A stretch of 64,000 nt of DNA from an uncultured Ignavibacteria bacterium. GTDB taxonomy: Bacteria > Zixibacteria > MSB-5A5 > WJJR01. Below are positions 10,103-19,308 of this stretch, in pieces. Each line of letters opens with the position of its first letter. Position 1 is the first letter of the stretch. Position numbers and translations under genes: made by a program. Under the pieces are notes generated by a model, which was not told where the DNA came from, made no database searches, and worked only from the letters and a program-made list of their open reading frames with translations. The stretch is from assembly GCA_964440935.1 (NCBI GenBank), contig CAYTTY010000014.1, positions 12,311 through 76,310 of the forward strand, written 5' to 3'.

Positions 10103-12955
10103 ATGACGGATATGAGCTCATCCCCGATGCCGGCCGACAGGACGGCAATGCTGAATGTCGATCAATTGCGCATGATCGTTGAACAGCTTCCGGCGGTGCT
10201 GTGGACGACCGACCGTGAGTTGCGTTTCACGTCATCGTTTGGAGCAGGATTGGCGCAGCTTGGCCTGAAGCCGGGTCAAGTGGTGGGAGTGACTCTGCAG
10301 AAATTCTTCCAGATCGATGATCCGGCGTATGTTGTTTTGGCTGCTCATCGGCGAGTTCTCACCGGCGAGAGTGTGTCGTTTGAGGTCGAGTGGGTGGGCA
10401 ATTCATACGACGTGCACGTCGAACCGCTCCGCAACGACGCCGGAGAGATTGTCGGCTGCATCGGTATCGCCCTCGATGTGACGGACCGTTTTCGTGCCGA
10501 GCAGGCGCTGCATCAGCGAATGGAGGCGGAGACGGTCGCGCTCGAGATTTCGCGCCTGTTTGCGGGAACGCAATGGACGGATATCGGCTCGGTGCTCAAT
10601 TCCGCGCTGGAACGAATCGGCGTATATCTCGGAGCCGACCACGTGGACATCGCATTGGCATCGCCCGACGGGCGATTATACCAGGTTCTTCACCGGTGGG
10701 ACGATCCCGAGATCGGATCCCTCGACGTTCCGGACATCATCCCCGCTGAGACGATTGACTGGGTGCTTCGTCAGGTGACGATCAACCGGTACCTCGTGGT
10801 TCCCGACGTGACTAAACTGCCCCCGACCGACCAATGCGAGGTTCCCGAATTCGTCCGCCGTGCACAGTCGTCTGCGTGGGTTGGTATTCGGAATGAGGGA
10901 CGGGTCATTGGCAAGGTGGCCATCATGTGGCGACGGCAGACAATGGAGCTGACCGATGCCCAGATCGCACCACTGATTGTACTGGCCGATATCATCGCGA
11001 CGGTGATACACCGACAATCCATTGAACAACGACTGCACGAATCGCGCCGACAATTGTCGGCACTGATGAGCAATCTGCCCGGCATGGCCTATCGCTGCGG
11101 CAATGATCGCAATTGGACGATTGAATTTGTCAGCGACGGATGTCGGGATCTAACCGGGTATGCGGCTGATGAGTTAATCGGCAACCGGGTGGTCAGCTAT
11201 GCCGCACTCATCGTTCCCGAGGACCGCGACATGGTGTGGCGGGAGGTGCAGGCGAGCGTCGACAGCCAGACGCCGTTTCGGATCGTTTATCGCATCGCTG
11301 ACCGTAAGGGAACCGTCAAATGGGTTTGGGAACAGGGGATCGCCATCTACGATAGCGATGGGTCGGTCATTGCACTCGAGGGATTCATTTGCGACATCAG
11401 CGAGCGCAAGCGCGCCGAGATCGAACGTCAGAAGTTTGTCTCCCTCGTGGAGAACAGCGGCGACGGTGTGATCATGTGCTCGCTGGACGGGCGGACGCTG
11501 TACATGAATCCGGCGGCGCGGGCTCTGCTGGGCATCCCGCGCCAGTCCGATATTTCGCGGCGCAGCATGGTGGAGTGGTATTGTGACCATCGCGGCGGGG
11601 ACCACCCCGAGGCGCATTTGGTCGAAGCGAAGCGGACAGGCCAATGGGTCGGGGAGGTAGCACTCAAACATCAGGATACCGGCGAGGCGATTCCGGTGCG
11701 CCAGAATGTCTTCCTGGTGAGGCAAAACGATGACGAACCGCTGTGTATTGCGGTACTGCTTCACGATCTGCGCGAAGAGAAGCACGCCGACGAGTTGCTG
11801 ATGCGCGCCAAACGGCTCGAAACGGCAGGCCAACTCGCCGGCCAGATTGCGCATGATTTCAATAACTTGCTGGGACCCTTGGTGGCGTATCCGAACCTGA
11901 TACGGTCGCGCATCAATGACATGTCGGCAAATGAGGACATGTTGCGCGACATGGAAGAGGCGGCCAAACGCATTGCCGAAATCAACCAGGAATTGCTGAC
12001 CTTAGGACGCCGTGGCCACTACAACATACAGGCCTTGGATATCAATCAACTGATTGGGCGGACATTGCGTGCAACCACGATACCGGAGCACGTCAACGTT
12101 ATAAGAGAACTGAAGGGCTGTCTGGCGCCGGTGCTGGGTGGCGGTGCCCAGTTGATCCGGGCGTTGTCGAACATCATCGTGAACTCGTGCGATGCGATGC
12201 CACGCGGCGGGACACTCACTGTGCGCACGTCGGAATGCCGTCTCGATGGAAAACATCTTCGCGGACGAACCGTACCGGCGGGCAAGTATGTGCGCATCGA
12301 TATTGCCGACAGCGGACACGGGATTCCGAGCGAAATTATTGATCGCGTGTTTGACCCGTTTTTCACCACGCGCAAGGCCGACAAGGGGCGTGGTTCGGGT
12401 CTCGGATTAGCGGTCGTCTACTCGGTGATCGAGGATCATGAAGGGTATGTCGATGTGACATCAACGCCGGGTGTTGGCACCACCTTCAGTATCTACCTGC
12501 CGGTCTCTGAAGACGCTGCCGAGTCATCCGCCCACTCGGACAGAGTTCCCCGGGGACATGGTGAGCGCGTGCTGGTTGTCGACGATGATTTGATGCAATT
12601 GCGGATTGTTGAACGGATGTTGCACGAATTGGATTACGATGTTACCACGGTGGACAGCGGCGAAGCGGCGGTGGAGATGGCGCGACACGGTGCTTACGAC
12701 CTTCTGCTGCTCGATATGCAAATGAATGGCATCGACGGCGCTGAAACGTTTCGTCAGATCCGGCGTTACAATCCGCGTCAACGGGCCGTGATCGTGTCGG
12801 GATATGCGGGTACCGAGCGCGTGGCATCAGCACTGGCTGCAGGGGCCTCCGGCTTGATTCAGAAGCCGGTGGATGTCGCGTCGTTGGCGCGAATGATGAA
12901 GCAGGCGTTGAGTGGTACCGTGGCGGCAAGTGCTCAGTCCACGGACGCGCGATAG
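10103..12955 (+). CDS. Hybrid sensor histidine kinase (PAS/GAF/PAS-PAS, HisKA, HATPase_c, receiver)
   Basis: 950 aa. It has an H-box (IAHDFNNLL), an ATPase G-boxes region (DSGHGIP...GSGLGLA) and a C-terminal REC domain (VLVVDDD...LLLLDMQMNGIDG). Confidence 0.9.
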   Translation: MTDMSSSPMPADRTAMLNVDQLRMIVEQLPAVLWTTDRELRFTSSFGAGLAQLGLKPGQVVGVTLQKFFQIDDPAYVVLAAHRRVLTGESVSFEVEWVGNSYDVHVEPLRNDAGEIVGCIGIALDVTDRFRAEQALHQRMEAETVALEISRLFAGTQWTDIGSVLNSALERIGVYLGADHVDIALASPDGRLYQVLHRWDDPEIGSLDVPDIIPAETIDWVLRQVTINRYLVVPDVTKLPPTDQCEVPEFVRRAQSSAWVGIRNEGRVIGKVAIMWRRQTMELTDAQIAPLIVLADIIATVIHRQSIEQRLHESRRQLSALMSNLPGMAYRCGNDRNWTIEFVSDGCRDLTGYAADELIGNRVVSYAALIVPEDRDMVWREVQASVDSQTPFRIVYRIADRKGTVKWVWEQGIAIYDSDGSVIALEGFICDISERKRAEIERQKFVSLVENSGDGVIMCSLDGRTLYMNPAARALLGIPRQSDISRRSMVEWYCDHRGGDHPEAHLVEAKRTGQWVGEVALKHQDTGEAIPVRQNVFLVRQNDDEPLCIAVLLHDLREEKHADELLMRAKRLETAGQLAGQIAHDFNNLLGPLVAYPNLIRSRINDMSANEDMLRDMEEAAKRIAEINQELLTLGRRGHYNIQALDINQLIGRTLRATTIPEHVNVIRELKGCLAPVLGGGAQLIRALSNIIVNSCDAMPRGGTLTVRTSECRLDGKHLRGRTVPAGKYVRIDIADSGHGIPSEIIDRVFDPFFTTRKADKGRGSGLGLAVVYSVIEDHEGYVDVTSTPGVGTTFSIYLPVSEDAAESSAHSDRVPRGHGERVLVVDDDLMQLRIVERMLHELDYDVTTVDSGEAAVEMARHGAYDLLLLDMQMNGIDGAETFRQIRRYNPRQRAVIVSGYAGTERVASALAAGASGLIQKPVDVASLARMMKQALSGTVAASAQSTDAR

Positions 12956-12971
12956 TGGTGTGAGATTTGAC

Positions 12972-13001
12972 GAAAACCGTTGATGACCATAAACGGTTTT
13001 C
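12972..13001 (+). terminator. Hairpin with T-tract downstream of the hybrid kinase
   Basis: GAAAACCGTT-gatgaccata-AACGGTTTTC lies 17 nt after the stop codon. The loop sequence also resembles the start of repeat family C. Confidence 0.45.
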
Positions 13002-13026
13002 AATAGGCTAATTTAACATGTTTATC

Positions 13027-13078
13027 CACCCGGCTGAAGCCGAGTGTCAAAGTACATGACGCCGGCTTGAAGCGGGCT
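13027..13078. repeat. Family-F two-hairpin unit, copy 1
   Basis: CACCCGGCTGAAGCCGAGTG-tcaaag..catga-GCCGGCTTGAAGCGGGCT. The same unit occurs at 43459-43510 and inverted at 23012-23062. Confidence 0.75.
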
Positions 13079-13257
13079 TTGTGCTGTTATAGCAATGAAG
13101 TGATGCCTGGTCAGGGAATTGATGACCGTCACGCAAAAACGCGTGACGGCACTTTGGGACGAGCGGGGCGGCCCGTTCTACGACATAGGGCGGCGGCGCC
13201 CCCACGCCGGTTGGGACGCCGCCTGACTGGCCCTGCCACTATGGGCGCGAACAAGAT

Positions 13258-13926
13258 TTACAAACGCAATCGAAGCCCGAACTGAAGGCGTCCGGACGAG
13301 ACGCCGACATCGTCGTAGAGATCGTACTCGCGGCCGTCGATTACCCGATGATCGAACCGGCCGAAGAGAAATCCCACTTCGCCAAAGATCGCAGCGCGTC
13401 GGCTGATGAAACGGTCGATGCCGAAGCCTAATCCGAACGACGGGCCGACGTAGCCGTTGTCGTCGTCATCGTAATAGGGCGAATAGCGATCGGTGTAACG
13501 TTCGTTGAGGGCGATTGCCCCGACCGATGCTTTGCCGTAGGGCTGCCAGGGATTGCGATATCCGGTCTTGAACGCGTACTTCAATCCAAGTTGGACATGA
13601 CCGAAATCGACCGGTCCGATCGGCGTCAAGTGTTCTGATGCGCCGCCTTCGAGGTATAATGCCAGGTCGCGATCCAAGCCGATTGCCGCACCAAGAAAGA
13701 ACATGCCGTCGGAGTCCAACTCGCGCAGAAAGTCGTAGTCACGGTCTTTGATTTCGTAGCCCTGTCCGCCGAAGCCGGCGTAGAGTTGAAAGCCGCGTTG
13801 GGTGTTGTCGCGTCCGGGATCGCGCAAGTCGCGATGCCGGATGCGTGCGTCGGCCGATGTGGCGATCATCAGGAGTACTGCAAGGCCGATAAATCCGATT
13901 CCCCATCTCCGAGTTGACGACTTCAT
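13258..13926 (-). CDS. Small outer-membrane beta-barrel protein (OmpW/opacity-like porin family)
   Basis: Signal peptide MKSSTRRWGIGFIGLAVLLMIATSADA, alternating beta-strand pattern with Gly/aromatic residues, and a C-terminal ...LQFGLRLRL. Confidence 0.6.
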   Translation of the reverse strand: MKSSTRRWGIGFIGLAVLLMIATSADARIRHRDLRDPGRDNTQRGFQLYAGFGGQGYEIKDRDYDFLRELDSDGMFFLGAAIGLDRDLALYLEGGASEHLTPIGPVDFGHVQLGLKYAFKTGYRNPWQPYGKASVGAIALNERYTDRYSPYYDDDDNGYVGPSFGLGFGIDRFISRRAAIFGEVGFLFGRFDHRVIDGREYDLYDDVGVSSGRLQFGLRLRL

Positions 13927-14337
13927 TTCTCTGTCTCCATCAAAGTGTATTGAACCAGCCTTCTCCGTCTGTTGTCCGGTCGCGTCACCGGCGGCCGTAC
14001 ATACGCAATGGCAAGGGGCGTGCCGGGCCGTGGAAATTGTTGTGGAATAACAAGTTTAATTGTGGCTTGAGAATTTTGGAACTGAAGGAGGCACGGGAAT
14101 TGGATGCCGATCATGTAAGTGTGCACAAAAATGAGTCGTGGATCTCTTTCGAGTGTCTTGGCAGACCCCAAGAATTGCGAACATACGCAGACGACATTGT
14201 CTTGGGGAGGCCCGTGTGGAAGAGCTGTCCGTGCAGAAAATGATCGCCAAGCCCCCTTAACTTCTATGAAGTGTCGGCGAGGGGCCGTATTAAAAAGTGG
14301 ATTGCAAGATATACGCCCCAGATGGCTGCGGCCGTCT

Positions 14338-14372
14338 GGCCCCCCGGGGCTTCGTGCCCCGGGGACTTTTTT
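14338..14372 (+). terminator. Strong intrinsic terminator in a low-GC spacer
   Basis: CCCCGGGGC-ttcgt-GCCCCGGGG is followed by TTTTTT. It ends 2 nt before the ATG of the NYN-like ORF. Confidence 0.6.
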
Positions 14373-14374
14373 AT

Positions 14375-14638
14375 ATGGCAATGACTCGGGTAGCTTTCTT
14401 CATCGATGGATTCAATCTGTATCACGCTATGATCGGTGATGCAGAATTGCTCAAAACCAAGTGGTTAGACCTCTCCAAGCTCGGTCAGTCACTGCTTTCG
14501 CGGGACCAAGAACTCGTCGGTGTCTATTACTTTACGGCGTATCCACCTTGGGATGCCAACAAACAGAAACGCCACATGACCTATGAGAGGTCTTTGATCG
14601 ATTATCCGCAGTTGCAATTTCGGATATTCCTTGCGTAA
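14375..14638 (+). pseudogene. NYN/LabA-like domain fragment (N-terminal about 85 aa only)
   Basis: MAMTRVAFFIDGFNLYH... is the typical NYN N-terminal acidic motif. The ORF stops far short of a full NYN domain and has no room for its own promoter. G+C is visibly lower than in the flanks. Confidence 0.5.
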
Positions 14639-14673
14639 CTAAGTTACTACTCAACATCGTGTATGAGGGAACG

Positions 14674-15387
14674 ATGAGATTATTGTACGTTGACGAGTCA
14701 GAATCCAATAATCGAGTTACGATGGTCGGAATCTCGATTTCGGAGTCGAGCTGGCGACAGTTTTTCGATCGTCTCTTGGCTTTCAGAAAACAAATTGCAA
14801 TTCAATTCGGGATTAAGTTGAGAGATGAATGGCATGCTCGAGATATTTGGAGGAATTCTGGTATAGTATTTGACCGAAAGCTGGGATTCGATCATGCAAA
14901 GCGAAGACAGTTCTTTCGCACCGTGGCTCTCTTCGCGAGGAATTCACCAGAAATAGAGATATTTGTTACATCGCTTCCACGCCCAAATTCGCTTGAAAGA
15001 GCTTGGAGTCGTCTGATCCAGCGATTCGAAAACGACCTTTCCAGGCGGTCAGAAAGAGGCGTCGTCGTTGCAGATGGTGGTCACGATTACACGTATCGCA
15101 AGGTATCCCGTAAGATGATGGCCTTCAATCCGATTCCCAGCAGAATTCACCAAGGTCAATCCCTGAACTCACCCGTACTGAGCATTATCGAGGATCCTTT
15201 CTTTAGGGATTCACACGACTCCTACCTTATTCAACTCGTCGACGTCATCTGCTGGCTGTGTAGGGTCCGACACGACGCAACGAATACACAGCGACATTGG
15301 GGAATCAATGAGATATACAAGGCTCTGAAGCCAGTACTGAAACTGCAGGCATCAAAACACGACCCGTATGGATTTGTCCTAAAATGA
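14674..15387 (+). CDS. DUF3800 domain protein
   Basis: MRLLYVDESE... is the hallmark N-terminal DES motif of DUF3800. The GAGGGA RBS is at 14665-14670. The gene is AT-rich relative to its neighbours. Confidence 0.7.
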   Translation: MRLLYVDESESNNRVTMVGISISESSWRQFFDRLLAFRKQIAIQFGIKLRDEWHARDIWRNSGIVFDRKLGFDHAKRRQFFRTVALFARNSPEIEIFVTSLPRPNSLERAWSRLIQRFENDLSRRSERGVVVADGGHDYTYRKVSRKMMAFNPIPSRIHQGQSLNSPVLSIIEDPFFRDSHDSYLIQLVDVICWLCRVRHDATNTQRHWGINEIYKALKPVLKLQASKHDPYGFVLK

Positions 15388-15389
15388 AG

Positions 15390-15417
15390 GCCCCCATCTC
15401 ATTGCTGAGATGGGGGC
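15390..15417 (+). terminator. Hairpin terminator after the DUF3800 gene
   Basis: GCCCCCATCTCA-ttgc-TGAGATGGGGGC begins 3 nt after the stop codon. The downstream T-tract is weak. Confidence 0.45.
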
Positions 15418-15658
15418 AATTCCTCTCCAGCCAGAGGCCGAGCCAGAAGGCTCGGTGTGGCTGCACTCATTGTACGTGTACGATCTAAATGCATTTGGGC
15501 TATATCCGCCAATACCCATCTCTTACGACCGCAGGGAATAGCAGTGCGGCAATGATAGTTGAAGTCGATTACTGCCGCTGTCGCTACTCTTCGTCAGTTT
15601 CCACATGAGGGACTCACGGGGACCCCAATGCCAAAACAAGAGTGAATTTGTAATTGAG

Positions 15659-16402
15659 TCATTCTGTCCCGATCCCCGGTGACGTCAGATACATCATCCC
15701 CGTGGGGGCGGGTTGGCCGCCGGCGGGTTCGATTGTGACGAGGAATTCGGGCATTTCCTCTTCTTCGATTTCATCGAGCATGATCATCGCGCTGCCATCC
15801 TCGTTGACGGTGAAAGTGCCGACACTGGTCGGCTGACCGTCGCGCATGACCCAGAGTTGATACTCCATGCCTTCGGGGTTTTCGGGGAGCGCATACATGA
15901 AGACCACGGCTTCACCGCGCATCGGATCAACCACCACTTTGCCGAACGCCTGTTCATTGGGACCGACACCTTCGAGGTCGGCGAAGGACATTCCCGGCAT
16001 GCTCAGCAGGTTGGTCACATCCTGCGTTTCAACCAGTTCGCGGCGCAGATTGTCGGCTTCACGTGCAGCGTTTTGATATTGGAAGAACATGATCACGGCG
16101 GCCGCGACGGCGGCTCCGGTGACCAACCAAGTCAGGTTGATGCGCGTGGCCGGCCGGGATGATGTACCGGATTTGCTGCGCGCCTCAATCGACGACATCA
16201 CATTGGATTTCATGTGTGCCGGGGGATCGTGTTGCGGCACATCCCTGGCGAGGTTGGCGCAGACATCGTCGAGTTCCTTCAGCCGTTGCGCGCACTCCGG
16301 GCAGTTGGTGGCGAGATGCACCTCGACATCGCGATGCTCCCCGGTCGTGAGTGTGCCGAGCACATACGATTCGAGCAGTTGGTAGGCGTCGTTGTGGGTC
16401 AT
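15659..16402 (-). CDS. Anti-sigma factor (zf-HC2 N-terminus, one TM segment, RskA-like periplasmic domain)
   Basis: H...CPECAQRL motif, a central TM segment (WLVTGAAVAAAVIMFF) and a C-terminal ...YQLWVMRDG...TIEPAGG RskA-like domain. The start overlaps the sigma-gene stop by 4 nt (ATGA). Confidence 0.85.
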   Translation of the reverse strand: MTHNDAYQLLESYVLGTLTTGEHRDVEVHLATNCPECAQRLKELDDVCANLARDVPQHDPPAHMKSNVMSSIEARSKSGTSSRPATRINLTWLVTGAAVAAAVIMFFQYQNAAREADNLRRELVETQDVTNLLSMPGMSFADLEGVGPNEQAFGKVVVDPMRGEAVVFMYALPENPEGMEYQLWVMRDGQPTSVGTFTVNEDGSAMIMLDEIEEEEMPEFLVTIEPAGGQPAPTGMMYLTSPGIGTE

Positions 16403-17067
16403 GAGTCCGACTCCCGGTGACCCTGCATGTGGTCGCGCAAGGCCGACATGGCATTGCGAATCCGGGTTTTGACTGTACCCAGCGGAATCTGGAGCCGTTC
16501 GGCGATACCGCTGTGCGACAGTCCTTCAAAATAAGCCAAGTCGATGACATCCCGATGGTCTTTGTTCAGTACCGATAAGGCATTGCCGACTGCCTGGCTT
16601 TGCTCCTGCTCGATCACCGCGTCCTCCTGCGGGGTGGAGGCGTTGTGTCCGGGATTATCGTGTCCATTTTGCAATTCCACTTCCTTGCTGCGAGCCGAAT
16701 AGCCACAGGAGCGGGTTTTATCGATGGCGAGGCGCCGGGCGATGGCGACCATCCAGCCGAGGGGGGTTCCGCGCGAGCGGTCGAAGGTGGCGGCCTGGTC
16801 CCAGATGCGCACAAAGGCATCCTGCGTAACCTCTTCGGCGTCAGTGACATCACCCACGATCCGACGGATCAGGCTGTACAGCAATCGAGAATGACGGTCG
16901 TACAGCATGCCCAAGGCGGCCTCATCGCGGTCGCGAATCAGCTCGAGCAGGACCGCATCGGCTGCGGCGTCGGAATCAGTCACCCGGTACTCCGGACGGG
17001 CCGTATCAGTGCCACCACTGCGTGGATACGAAGTCTCATCAGCATGTGGATTCACCCGAACTGACAA
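16399..17067 (-). CDS. ECF-type RNA polymerase sigma-70 family factor (start codon uncertain)
   Basis: Region 2 (LYDRHSRLLYSLIRRIV...DAFVRIW) and region 4 (IDLAYFEGLSHSGIAERLQIPLGTVKTRI) are present. The longest ORF starts at TTG, and an internal GTG is an alternative start. Confidence 0.9.
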   Translation of the reverse strand: MSVRVNPHADETSYPRSGGTDTARPEYRVTDSDAAADAVLLELIRDRDEAALGMLYDRHSRLLYSLIRRIVGDVTDAEEVTQDAFVRIWDQAATFDRSRGTPLGWMVAIARRLAIDKTRSCGYSARSKEVELQNGHDNPGHNASTPQEDAVIEQEQSQAVGNALSVLNKDHRDVIDLAYFEGLSHSGIAERLQIPLGTVKTRIRNAMSALRDHMQGHRESDS

Positions 17068-17202
17068 TCTACCGGTATTCTCCTGACAGATTCAAGGGGT
17101 GGGATGGGGGGCGAGAGACTGGAATTGGCCAACGTCGATGCGTATAATCAGACCAGGTTGAGGAGATGATGATGACGTAGTAGACGATAAGCAGCCGGGA
17201 CA

Positions 17203-17292
17203 ACCCCGGGGGGTGCCCCTAACGCCACAGGCGGGGGCTGAGACAACACCCCTAGAACCTGATCTGGATCACGCCAGCGTAGGGAACGGGTT
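17203..17292 (+). promoter_or_regulatory. TPP (THI-box) riboswitch aptamer
   Basis: GGGGUGCCC...GGGGCUGAGA..ACACCC..GAACCUGAUCUGGAUCACGCCAGCGUAGGGAA matches the conserved THI-element core (CUGAGA, ACCUGAUCUGGAU.A.GCCAGCG.AGGGAA). It lies about 90 nt upstream of the first gene of the thiamine cluster. Confidence 0.9.
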
Positions 17293-17383
17293 TTTGAGAT
17301 ACACAGCACGTTTTGAAGGGCCGTTCCGCAGTGGTGGAGCGGTCCGTTGCTTTTGGGATGAGGTCCCGTGAAAGGAGTCAACG

Positions 17384-18469
17384 ATGGAACAGGCAACGGC
17401 ACAGAAGGCACAACTTCCTGATATCGGTAAGGTCTCCGAATCGGTATTCAACGAGGTGATACTGCCGCATCTCGGACGGAACCGACCGGAGGTGGTGGTC
17501 GGGCCGCAGAACGGCGTCGACGTCGGTGTGGTCGATATCGGCCACGGACAAGTGATGGTGTCGACCACCGATCCGGTGTTTATCGTGCCGCCGTACGGTT
17601 GGGAACGGTCGGCGTGGTTTGCGATCCACATTCTCGCCTCCGACGCGTGCACGTCGGGGCTGGCGCCGAATTATATTACCATCGATTTGAATCTGCCGAT
17701 GAGCATCACCCGCGACGAATTGGAAACGATGTGGCAGACGATGCATCGCGAATGCGACAAGATCGGCATGGCGGTGGTGACCGGACACACCGGTCGGTAC
17801 CAGGGATGCGATTACCCGATGGTCGGCGGTGCGACGGTGATTTGTATCGGCCCGGAGGACAAATATGTGACGCCAACAATGGCGAAGCCGGGCGACCGGG
17901 TGATTATCACCAAGGGCGCCGCCATTGAAGCGACCGGTTTGTTTGCCGTCACCTTTCCCAAGCAGGTGGCCGACGCATACGGCGAGAAGCTGGCCAAAGA
18001 CGCCGAAGAGGTGTTCTGGCAGATGACGACGGTCGATGATGCCATGACTGCAGTGCAAGTCGGTGTGCGCGATGACGGCGTCACGGCGATGCACGATGCC
18101 ACCGAATGTGGTGTGTGGGGTGGACTGTCGGAAGTGGCGCAAGCCTCGCAAGTTGGAATGAGAATCGAGAAGGGTGAGATCGTGGTGCAGGAGCCGGTGC
18201 AGAAAGTGTGTGAGATGTACGAAATCGATCCGTTCACGGCGATCAGTGAAGGCACTCTGATTATTACCTGCCGGCCGAATAAAGCGTCCGACGTGGTGAA
18301 ACGCCTGAACGATAAGGGTATTGCCGCAACGCAAGTCGGCGAAGTGGTCGACCCTTCGGAAGGACGGAAGTATTATGAGAATGGCGTCGCACATGACCTG
18401 GTGCATCCGCAGGTGGATCCATTTTGGGCGGCGTATGGCAAGGCAATGAGTGAGGCGGCGGGGTCGTGA
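17384..18469 (+). CDS. AIR-synthase-related (PurM/ThiL/HypE/SelD superfamily) protein of unknown specific function
   Basis: 361 aa. An AIRS N-domain (GVDVGVVDIG...MVSTTDP) and an AIRS_C-like domain are present. It lacks the HypE C-terminal Cys and the SelD N-terminal Cys/Sec motifs. AAAGGAG RBS precedes the start. It is the first gene after the TPP riboswitch. Confidence 0.7.
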   Translation: MEQATAQKAQLPDIGKVSESVFNEVILPHLGRNRPEVVVGPQNGVDVGVVDIGHGQVMVSTTDPVFIVPPYGWERSAWFAIHILASDACTSGLAPNYITIDLNLPMSITRDELETMWQTMHRECDKIGMAVVTGHTGRYQGCDYPMVGGATVICIGPEDKYVTPTMAKPGDRVIITKGAAIEATGLFAVTFPKQVADAYGEKLAKDAEEVFWQMTTVDDAMTAVQVGVRDDGVTAMHDATECGVWGGLSEVAQASQVGMRIEKGEIVVQEPVQKVCEMYEIDPFTAISEGTLIITCRPNKASDVVKRLNDKGIAATQVGEVVDPSEGRKYYENGVAHDLVHPQVDPFWAAYGKAMSEAAGS

Positions 18470-18606
18470 GTGTGTGTCGCGGGCGTGTGCGGCATGACCG
18501 TCGACACATCCGCCCTACGGTTTGAGCCCCCCATTCGGCTGACATTGTGACGGTTGCGGGCGTGTTCAACACGCCCCTACCGATATTATCGAATGGATAA
18601 AATCGT

Positions 18607-19308
18607 ATGAATGAATCGATTGTTCAAAGAATGCGGAAATCCGCCGAGCCGATTTGGGCGGCGGTGTTGGCGCATCCGTTTGTGCAGGGGATCGGTGATG
18701 GGTCGCTGTCGCAGGATCGGTTTGAATTTTATCTGAAGCAGGATTATGCGTACCTGATCGATTTCGGGCGCGTGCTGGCCATCGCGGCGGCGAAGGGCGA
18801 AACGCTCAAGGACATGCAAACGCTTTCGGCACTGGTAGAGAGTACGCTGCATTCGGAAATGGAATTGCATCGCCGCACCTGTGCCGATTATGGGATTTCG
18901 GCGGAGCAGTTGCAGCAGACTGTTCCGGGATTAATCACGACATCGTACACCAGTTTTCTGCTGCGGGCCTGTTATGAAGGCGATTTCAGTGATGTGCTGG
19001 CGGTGCTGTTGCCGTGTGCTGCGGGGTATTGTGAAATTGCGGCGCATCTGAAAGAACAGGGGCTGCCCGATCACAAGCATTACCGGGATTGGATCGAGAC
19101 GTATACGGCACCGGAAATGGTTGAAGTGACGAACTGGATTCAGGATCGTCTGGATGAATTGGGCGCGGGTGCGCCGGAGGATCGGTTCCAGCGATGGATG
19201 CGTCGGTACGAAAACAGCACGCGGTTTGAACTGATGTTCTTTGATATGAGCTGGCGCAAAGAACTGTGGCCCGATCCGATTCCGGATACCTCGGGGGTGG
19301 TGACATGA
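18607..19308 (+). CDS. tenA: Thiaminase II / aminopyrimidine aminohydrolase TenA
   Basis: 233 aa, HPFVQGIGDGSLSQDRFEFYLKQDYAYL... is a typical TenA/PqqC-like fold sequence. Confidence 0.9.
   Translation: MNESIVQRMRKSAEPIWAAVLAHPFVQGIGDGSLSQDRFEFYLKQDYAYLIDFGRVLAIAAAKGETLKDMQTLSALVESTLHSEMELHRRTCADYGISAEQLQQTVPGLITTSYTSFLLRACYEGDFSDVLAVLLPCAAGYCEIAAHLKEQGLPDHKHYRDWIETYTAPEMVEVTNWIQDRLDELGAGAPEDRFQRWMRRYENSTRFELMFFDMSWRKELWPDPIPDTSGVVT

Noticed and set aside
17378-18406. 342-aa ORF on the minus strand
   Set aside because: It is entirely antisense to the well-supported AIRS-family gene. The composition is His/Arg-rich and of low complexity, typical of a shadow ORF in GC-rich DNA.
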